The notes beneath the pieces are model-generated. The model ran no database searches, was not told the origin of the DNA, and saw only the letters and a list, made by a program, of their open reading frames with translations. A stretch of DNA of 64,000 nucleotides from Bacillota bacterium. GTDB lineage: Bacteria > Bacillota > DTU025. Positions 57,261 to 64,000 of this stretch are shown one piece after another; the stretch's first letter is position 1, and each line of letters starts with the position of its first letter. A program made the translations under genes and the position numbers. Location: assembly GCA_050951805.1 (NCBI GenBank), contig JBMNJT010000002.1, forward strand, positions 160,001-224,000, in the 5' to 3' direction.

Positions 57261-58256
57261 GTGGCGGCCCGAAGGCCTTTTTGGCCCAAAGTTGTGCGGA
57301 TACTGGCTAAGCAGAGGTTCATGCCGCTGCCGGATTTTCTAGGCTCAGCATTAGGAGCCACCCTCGTATTGTTGGCGCAGTCCGGGATTGATAGTTCAGG
57401 GCACCTCATTGATGGATACATGAGCGGATCTTTGCTCACCAGTATGCTTGCTCCACCCCACCCGATCGCGCTCTTGGCGGCAAGGTCCTTTTCTGGAGCG
57501 CTTGTTTCGCTTGCCTCCATCGTTCCTGCGACGCTTCTGGTTGCCAGTGGTTGCAGCAGGTTCTTCTGTGGCTGCCTTTTGTCCACATGGCCGATACGCC
57601 GGCTGCCATTGCGTCCGGGGTGGCCATCGGAAGAATGGGAATGCAGATTCTGTGGGCTGTGCTGTGTAGGAGGCGCATGGCGCGCTTTGACTGATGGACG
57701 GATGAATGTGCGTCCGCGGGCGCTGATTCAGGCGAGGCTCAGGGCTTATCGGATTTCGCCCGCGGGGTTTTGGGTGTATGTTCTCTCCGTGGGGCTATAT
57801 CAGCTCATGGGATTTGCCTTCGTCGTTGCCACCACATCCAGGCTGATATCGGTGTTGTAATGCCGATTGCCCATTTTGAACCCGGCGAAATGTTCGCTTC
57901 GGTTGCGGGTTTGCCATCGCTCTATTCGGCCTGTGGATCGGAGGACGATTCACGGCGATCAATCTTCAGTGTACAGCCTCTTCGTGATCGCGGCCTCGCT
58001 CGTTCTGTACAACAGGGGTCTTTCCGCCCGAATCAACCTGGCAATGGACCTCGTGCAATTCGGGCAGTATCCGATGCGCTTCTGCCCCGACGCTATGCGC
58101 ATCATCTTTACCTGGGTAATCCCCCTTGCAGTGGTTGCCAATGCTCCAGCCTGCCTCGTAGAAGCGGGGTTGGCAGAGATGCCGTGGCACTTTATTCCAG
58201 GATTCATCAGATGCGGACCTCTGGCCCTCCCCGGTTCCAATGCAATCTTCAGATAG
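57261..58256 (+). pseudogene. Degenerate ABC-2 (DUF990-like) permease genes
   Basis: Fragmented hydrophobic ORFs with G.L..ML..P.P and FGQYP......IFTWVIP.A.VA..PA motifs, broken by stops and frameshifts. Confidence 0.6.
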
Positions 58257-58453
58257 GGAATAAGGCGGTTTTTGAGATATTGGTAAACAACTGCTCCCCT
58301 GTATCCTCCTACGGTGGCAATAGAGGGAATTGCAACCGAACTTGCGCAGCCATATAATGGGAGGACACGCTGCCTGTCCGCGGCAAGAGGGTAGAGACGA
58401 AACCCGATGTTCGCGGGGAGCCGGGGCGGAGCGGGATCGCGAGCGGCACTTTC

Positions 58454-59629
58454 TTACGAGGCAGGGGGAATGGTGTGGGCAGCCCCTGAACTGGGTGTGC
58501 TGATGGTGTCGGATTCACGTGCGCGTGCCTCGGACTGTGGCTGTGGTATTTCATCTGATCTGCCTTGCTTTTCTGAAGGCGTGTTCTTTTTGATCATGCT
58601 GACAGCCATCAGGACACCGCCAACGATTAGATTGAGGTAGTAGGTGAATGCGCGCCATACTGTGACGAAGAGGCCTATGAGGCCATGCGGAACCACACTG
58701 CTAAATAGCAGGCTGAAGCCGAGCTCTGCAGCGCCACTCGATCCGGGTGTGGGAGCATAGGCGGCTGCAAGGTAGAAAATCAGAGTGATCCCCATAATGT
58801 GCGTGAACTTGGGTGTTATGCCCAGACCCACCAGGATTACTGCTGGAACTATGGTTATCGTGATCCACCACGCGTAACTGAGCCACATCACTTTCCAAAG
58901 CGCTGACTTTTTGTTCTCCATGAATTCTTGCAATGCATTTCTGAACTCCCTGAGCTCGTGATCGATGCGATCGAGCACTGCATCTAAAGTCTCGGGCTTG
59001 AAGAACTTCAGGGTAAACTTGTTGCGTACAACAGGTACAACGATAACGTTGATCTTTTCCGGGTGAAAGATCAGGTAGAGTGAGAACGCAAACACCACGA
59101 AATACAGGATGATGCCGATTGCGAGGAGAACGTACATAGCTTTGGGAATGCTCCAGAAGTCAGCAAAACCAAATAACCAGATCGATGCGGCTATGCCAAG
59201 AGTGAAGCGGGCAAGGGCGTTGCATATGGTCTTCACTGCGATAACTGCCGTAGATTGCCCTACATTTAAGCCTTTTGCAGTTAGAAGGTACGCCTGCATA
59301 GGCTCGCCGCCGCTATCGAATGGTGTTACGTTAGACACGAATGCCCCCATGATGGAGATGCGCATTCCGGTCAGGATGTCCAAGTCTCCCCCAAGCGATC
59401 GAATGAGAGCCCTCATCCGGAGCGAATCGAACAGCCATGTTACTACCACGAGTCCGCACGCGATAGCTAGCATTGCCGGGTCTATCTGTGCAAATTCCTT
59501 CCATGACGTTCGTCCGCCGGTAAACTGGAGCACAACGTAGAGCCCTAGCACGCTGAAGACCACGCCAATGAGCGCGCTCCGTCTGAGCTGAGCAGGGGTT
59601 CTACGGCGGGTTTGCTGTTCCTCACTCAT
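58454..59629 (-). CDS. Lysylphosphatidylglycerol-synthase TM domain / flippase-like membrane protein
   Basis: F.SNVTPF.SGGEP.Q, PTPGSSG.AE, WR.FTYY motifs. Confidence 0.9.
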   Translation of the reverse strand: MSEEQQTRRRTPAQLRRSALIGVVFSVLGLYVVLQFTGGRTSWKEFAQIDPAMLAIACGLVVVTWLFDSLRMRALIRSLGGDLDILTGMRISIMGAFVSNVTPFDSGGEPMQAYLLTAKGLNVGQSTAVIAVKTICNALARFTLGIAASIWLFGFADFWSIPKAMYVLLAIGIILYFVVFAFSLYLIFHPEKINVIVVPVVRNKFTLKFFKPETLDAVLDRIDHELREFRNALQEFMENKKSALWKVMWLSYAWWITITIVPAVILVGLGITPKFTHIMGITLIFYLAAAYAPTPGSSGAAELGFSLLFSSVVPHGLIGLFVTVWRAFTYYLNLIVGGVLMAVSMIKKNTPSEKQGRSDEIPQPQSEARARESDTISTPSSGAAHTIPPAS

Positions 59630-59943
59630 GGGGTTTCGCCCCCTTATAGCGGGTTTTTGCAAAACACAACATATTATATCATAGCCATGGGGCGCAAGCA
59701 CAAGAGAGTTCCCAATTATATGGAAATTAAGGCAAACTTTTGTCCCTGACTGAAATTAGCTGGAACCGACTGCGCACTGAGCATACAATTGATCAATCTT
59801 GACTGCCATAGATGTTTATGCCCGGCAAGCAACATCTCGGGCAAGTCTCGACAGGTTCCTGCGCGATTCCACTTAATGATTGTCTGGATTTCAAGAACAC
59901 ATATAGCAGCATACGAGGTCAGGGCTGTCCACTTCTTGCGCCC

Positions 59944-60915
59944 CTATTGTTTCACTATGCGCGTGCCTGCGTTTCCGTGAATGGCCTCAACCGCCCTGTC
60001 GAGTTGCGCGATTATGGCCGCCTCTCCTCCGCGCTCAACGAAACGGCGACACGCTTCGACCTTGGGTCCCATGCTTCCTGCCTTGAAGTGACCTTCCTGT
60101 TGGTAACGAATGAGGTCATCCAATTGGACTGTGTGCAAGTCGACCTGATGGGGCGTTTTGTAATGCAGGGCTACATGGGCCACGTCAGTTAGTATGAGAA
60201 GGACGTCGGCACCAACATCCCTAGCAAGACACTCGCCGCCTAGATCCTTGTCGATAACGGCCTCCACTCCCTTGTAGAGACCGCCCTTTTCTATAACGGG
60301 AATTCCGCCTCCGCCGTTAGCAATTACGATTGCGCCCGTTCGGACCAGTGAGAGGATGGCGTCTTGCTCCACGATTCTGATGGGATCAGGCGATGGGACT
60401 ACACGTCTCCAGCCGCGTCCGGCATCTTCGATCCACTTCTCTCCGGTCTCCTTCATTCGCTGCTCGGCATAGTAAGCGCTGTAGAATGGTCCTACAGGCT
60501 TTGTCGGATTTGCGAAAGCGGGATCATTCGGATCCACCACCATCTGCGTGATTACGGTCGCTACAGGCCTCTGGATCGATCGGCGCGCCAGCATCTTTCC
60601 GATGGATTGCTGGAGCATGTAGCCGATTTGCCCCTGGGATTCGGCGCCGCATACATCCAATGGCATGGGAGGGACCCTGTCGCGGCCCGCTTCTTGTTGG
60701 ATCAGGAGTGCTCCGACCTGTGGCCCGTTGCCGTGGGTTATCACCACTCTGTGGCCTTGGGCTATGAGCTCAGCTACTTGTTCCGCGGTGGAATCTACAT
60801 TCTCCATCTGCTCATCGACAGTCCCGTTCTGCCCCGGCTGAAGTATCGCGTTCCCGCCTAGGGCGATCACGATGGTCTTGGCATTGTCCAACTCAAACAC
60901 TCCAGTCTTGCACAT
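59944..60915 (-). CDS. arcC: Carbamate kinase
   Basis: [58 protein letters not shown]. True start may be TTG at 60891. Confidence 0.96.
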   Translation of the reverse strand: MCKTGVFELDNAKTIVIALGGNAILQPGQNGTVDEQMENVDSTAEQVAELIAQGHRVVITHGNGPQVGALLIQQEAGRDRVPPMPLDVCGAESQGQIGYMLQQSIGKMLARRSIQRPVATVITQMVVDPNDPAFANPTKPVGPFYSAYYAEQRMKETGEKWIEDAGRGWRRVVPSPDPIRIVEQDAILSLVRTGAIVIANGGGGIPVIEKGGLYKGVEAVIDKDLGGECLARDVGADVLLILTDVAHVALHYKTPHQVDLHTVQLDDLIRYQQEGHFKAGSMGPKVEACRRFVERGGEAAIIAQLDRAVEAIHGNAGTRIVKQ

Positions 60916-60957
60916 TGTCCGCCATGCTTCGGGGCGCTGGGCGCCTTGGCGTCCGAA

Positions 60958-62145
60958 TCATGCATTGAAGATCACCTTGCCCATTGAGATCGTCGTTGTT
61001 GCCCTATAAGTGTTGGCATCGAGTATAGTTATATCTGCATCCATTCCCCGCTGGAGGCGGCCTTTTCGATCGTCCAGCCCTAGCTGGCGCGCTGGTGTCG
61101 AGGAAGCCATGGCGATGGCGTCAGGCAGTGGCACGCCGACGAGACGAACCATGTTGCCGACTGCAACATCCATGGCTAGAGTACTACCGGCAAGTTCGCC
61201 TGATTCCAGGCGGGCCTGACCCTCCTTAACGATCACATGCTGGGTTGCGAGGGTGTAGTCTCCGTCGGGCAGTCCTGCTGCGCGCATCGAGTCGGTGACC
61301 AAAACAACGTGCGCAGCCCCTTTCATCCCGACCACAATGGAGGCGGCGATCGGATGGACGTGCACGCCATCGATTATCAGTTCGCATGTGAGATCATCGA
61401 TCGTCAGCGCTGCGCCTACAACCCCTGGCTCTCTGTGGTGGAGGCCGCGCATGCCGTTATAGGTGTGAGTGACATGCCTGATTCCAGCTGCCACGCCGCG
61501 TTCCATGTCGGCATAGGCTGCATCGGAATGTCCTGCAGAAACCAGTATTCCCTGGGACGCGAGGGCGTGGATTATGTCGATTGCTCCTGGAATCTCCGGG
61601 GCTACCGTCATGGCCATGATGTGGCCGCCTCCCGCATCTAAGAGCTTCTCGAGGACAGAGATGTTGGGGGCCATGATTCCTTCTTCGGGTTGTGCGCCCT
61701 TACGAATCGAATTGAGAAACGGTCCTTCAACGTTTATCCCAAGGATGCGCGCGCCATGAGTACAGCGTGAGCCTAGACGGTCAGCATCTATCGCCTCTGC
61801 GGCGGCTTTGCATGCACCTGTCATTTGCTCTAGAGGGGAGGACATGATTGTCGGCAAGAAGCCAACAACTCCATGGGAGGCCTCAAACTTTGACATGCAG
61901 TTGAGCGAATCGAAGCTCGAGTCCATGGCGTCTGCGCCTCCGCCGCCATGGACGTGGAGATTGATGAATCCGGGAGCTATTATTCCGCCCTTAGCGTCTA
62001 TCGTTGCATCGACCGTTTCTTTGCCGAGAGAAGCGGCCGAACCGACATTGAGTATCGTGCTGTCTTCTATGAGGACAGCTCCGTTTGCAATCACGGATGT
62101 GGGTGCTATTACAGGTCCGCCTGTGATTAAGGTTTTATGGGCCAT
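60958..62145 (-). CDS. nagA: N-acetylglucosamine-6-phosphate deacetylase
   Basis: PGFI.LHVHG, EGPFL, T.APE, GHS.A, TH.YNGM, HHREPG, DG.HVHP, VTDSM, LAGS.L. Confidence 0.95.
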   Translation of the reverse strand: MAHKTLITGGPVIAPTSVIANGAVLIEDSTILNVGSAASLGKETVDATIDAKGGIIAPGFINLHVHGGGGADAMDSSFDSLNCMSKFEASHGVVGFLPTIMSSPLEQMTGACKAAAEAIDADRLGSRCTHGARILGINVEGPFLNSIRKGAQPEEGIMAPNISVLEKLLDAGGGHIMAMTVAPEIPGAIDIIHALASQGILVSAGHSDAAYADMERGVAAGIRHVTHTYNGMRGLHHREPGVVGAALTIDDLTCELIIDGVHVHPIAASIVVGMKGAAHVVLVTDSMRAAGLPDGDYTLATQHVIVKEGQARLESGELAGSTLAMDVAVGNMVRLVGVPLPDAIAMASSTPARQLGLDDRKGRLQRGMDADITILDANTYRATTTISMGKVIFNA

Positions 62146-62495
62146 TCTTTAAACTTCCTTCCAAAAGAGTTCGACGCAGGCATTATCTTATGTCGCGACG
62201 TCTACCATCCGAATGTTATTCTCCTTAGTCGCGCTTTCTTCCTTCATGGGGGCGGTTATCGCATATCATCGAGTATTGCCGCTCAGACTAGTGCTAAGGG
62301 AATGCAGGACTTTCTGCCATACAACTGTGGAAGCACGGGGCGTAACCTCAAACCGAAATCGACAAAAAGTCGGCTGAGGGACGCTCACAAGTGGCCAGCA
62401 CTGTAGTGGTTGATTACAGCTGTGAGCAAGGTGCCCATAATCAGCGGCTGATTAGGGGCGGATCGACACAATTCGGGGATTGGAGTGATCAGGGC

Positions 62496-63590
62496 TTGAG
62501 CAAGTTGCGTGTAGGCGTAATAGGAACGGGCATGGCATTCGAACGGCTCCACTATCCGGCCTACGAGAGGCTTTCAGATGTTTACGAGATCGGCGCCTTG
62601 TGCGATCGGGATGCTGGCAAATTGGCGGATTGGGGACAGCGGTTAAGGTTGGGCGCTGAGAGCTTGTATACTGATTGGCGCAAGATGGTGGCCAGAGATG
62701 ACCTTGATGTGATCGACATAATGGTCCCCATCGAGCTCAACTACGCTATCACAGAAAGGGTTGCGCGGGAGCTGGCAGGCAAGCGGAAGGCGATTATCTG
62801 TGAGAAACCCTTAGCCGGCACCTTCAAGGAAGCACTTTCAGCAAGAGAGCTGGCGCAGCGATACAGTGTACTGATCATGATCGCAGAAAACTACAGGTAC
62901 AGTGAGGAAATGAACATCATTCGGGACCTCGTTGTGAGCAGGCGAGTGGGAGATCCGGTGTATTTCATATACAACCGAACCGTGGATTTCCCCTCGGACA
63001 TGTGGAAAGATGATTTTGCCGCAAGGGAGTGGCGACAGTATCCCGAGTTTCCTGGCGGCGCCATTGCCGACATGGCAGTGCACGACCTGGCCGCCATGCG
63101 CCACATTTTTGGCGCAATCGATCGACTGCAGGCTTTCGGCAGGCCGCAAGATGCGGAGTTCTCTCCATACAGTGTAATAGTGGTAAACATGCTCTTTGCA
63201 AGTGGCATGATCGGCCAATTCAGCTTCTTTTGCTCCGGCAAGGAGATGCAGCGCCCTCTTGTGGGGTTCAGGATCTTCGGCACCGAAGGAATGATCTATC
63301 TGGAGGACCGGAACTCAGGAGTGATAAATGTCGCTTACAACGACAGGCGTTCGGAACAGATCCCTTATGATCCCCAGAAAGCCTACTACAATGAGCTGCT
63401 CAACCTCGCCAACGCCCTTAGAGGAAAGGAGCCGGTAAGTGTACCGCCGGAGATGGAATATGGAGACCTGAAAACGGTCAGAGACATACTAAAGTCCATT
63501 CAGGAGCAGAAGATCGTCACTGTGGACAAGACTGCGGATTATCTTCCCGACTATGGCCAGCCGGGACGCGAAGGGCTATGGCTACAGTAG
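62496..63590 (+). CDS. Gfo/Idh/MocA family oxidoreductase
   Basis: VGVIGTG, CEKPL, AENYRY, GG..D..VHD motifs; probable TTG start after a GGAGTG RBS. Confidence 0.92.
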   Translation: MSKLRVGVIGTGMAFERLHYPAYERLSDVYEIGALCDRDAGKLADWGQRLRLGAESLYTDWRKMVARDDLDVIDIMVPIELNYAITERVARELAGKRKAIICEKPLAGTFKEALSARELAQRYSVLIMIAENYRYSEEMNIIRDLVVSRRVGDPVYFIYNRTVDFPSDMWKDDFAAREWRQYPEFPGGAIADMAVHDLAAMRHIFGAIDRLQAFGRPQDAEFSPYSVIVVNMLFASGMIGQFSFFCSGKEMQRPLVGFRIFGTEGMIYLEDRNSGVINVAYNDRRSEQIPYDPQKAYYNELLNLANALRGKEPVSVPPEMEYGDLKTVRDILKSIQEQKIVTVDKTADYLPDYGQPGREGLWLQ

Positions 63591-63712
63591 GCTAGCCTCA
63601 AGACGCGTCACATGGAACGGGCGGGGCTGGCGGCATAGCTCGGAGCCAAGGAGTCAACGTCATTTTGACAAGAAATCTGGCTGTATGGCCTCCATATGGA
63701 TTCCGCCGGCGG

Positions 63713-63736
63713 GCCGGGCTTGTGCCCGGCTTCTTC
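63713..63736 (+). terminator. Hairpin between convergent genes
   Basis: GCCGGGC-TTGT-GCCCGGC followed by TTCTTC. Confidence 0.5.
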
Positions 63737-63786
63737 ATTTAGTGCGCCATAAGGGGATAAGAAGTTGTGGCGGTTGTTTCTTCGGC

Positions 63787-63999
63787 CTAACGTTCAGTTT
63801 TGTTGCTAGGAGCGGATTTGTGCGATCCGGCATCTGCGACAAAAGGCTCTAGGTCTGAACGGAGGATTCTCCAATCCCGTCCTCGCTTGATGCCATGGAG
63901 ACGGCCGTCTCGCATCATTTTCTGTATAGTTGTGGTCGAAACGGCTAGTACTTCCGCGGCTTTGTCTATCGTTACCGTCCTAGGTTTGGTTGAAACGGC
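63787..63999 (-). CDS. Excisionase-like helix-turn-helix (HTH_17) protein, 3' end (truncated by window)
   Basis: My translation (not in the ORF track): ...TVTIDKAAEVLAVSTTTIQKMMRDGRLHGIKRGRDWRILRSDLEPF...*, matching the T..EAA..L.VS..T.......G.L...K.G..WRI pattern. Confidence 0.8.
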   Translation of the reverse strand, partial: AVSTKPRTVTIDKAAEVLAVSTTTIQKMMRDGRLHGIKRGRDWRILRSDLEPFVADAGSHKSAPSNKTER

Positions 64000-64000
64000 T

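Noticed and set aside
1-64000. CRISPR arrays, tRNA/rRNA genes, transposases, prophage genes
   Set aside because: No regularly spaced repeats, cloverleaf/rRNA signatures or transposase/integrase motifs were seen by eye.

Overview
About 57% GC chromosomal window from an anaerobic bacterium. It most likely belongs to a diderm (outer-membrane-bearing) Bacillota lineage such as Limnochordia; this is inferred from GlpP, YtrA, strong AGGAGG RBSs and sigmaA/sigmaH-like promoters occurring alongside several outer-membrane beta-barrels. In order, it contains: (1) a sugar utilisation locus, probably for beta-mannosides (GH130 3' end, LacI, ABC permeases, two paralogous SBPs, three uncharacterised exported proteins, a GH5/GH42-like hydrolase); (2) cstA, a nucleoside phosphorylase, an SSS transporter and a glpP + Fe-ADH pair; (3) an envelope cluster (Wzi-like barrel, small beta-barrel, VanZ, SurA/PrsA-like PPIase) ending in a 1828-aa multidomain S8 protease with a type IX secretion (T9SS)-like C-terminal sorting domain, directly followed by a PorV/PorQ-like barrel; (4) a PD-(D/E)XK-like orphan, a PliI-like lipoprotein, DUF1538/PII genes and larE-larB-larC; (5) a HAD-GH65 fusion, LacI/SBP remnants, a hydantoinase-A + HDAC pair, purC and two paralogous small membrane peptides; (6) a YtrA ABC operon with a duplicated permease, an ADP-forming acyl-CoA ligase, a decayed ABC operon, a LPG-synthase-like flippase, arcC, nagA, a Gfo/Idh/MocA oxidoreductase and the 3' end of an excisionase-like HTH gene. 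I saw no rRNA, tRNA, CRISPR array or intact transposase. The best candidate for an undescribed system is the T9SS-like cargo + PorV-like barrel pair in an apparently non-Bacteroidota host. All family calls come from motif recognition by eye; no database search was run.
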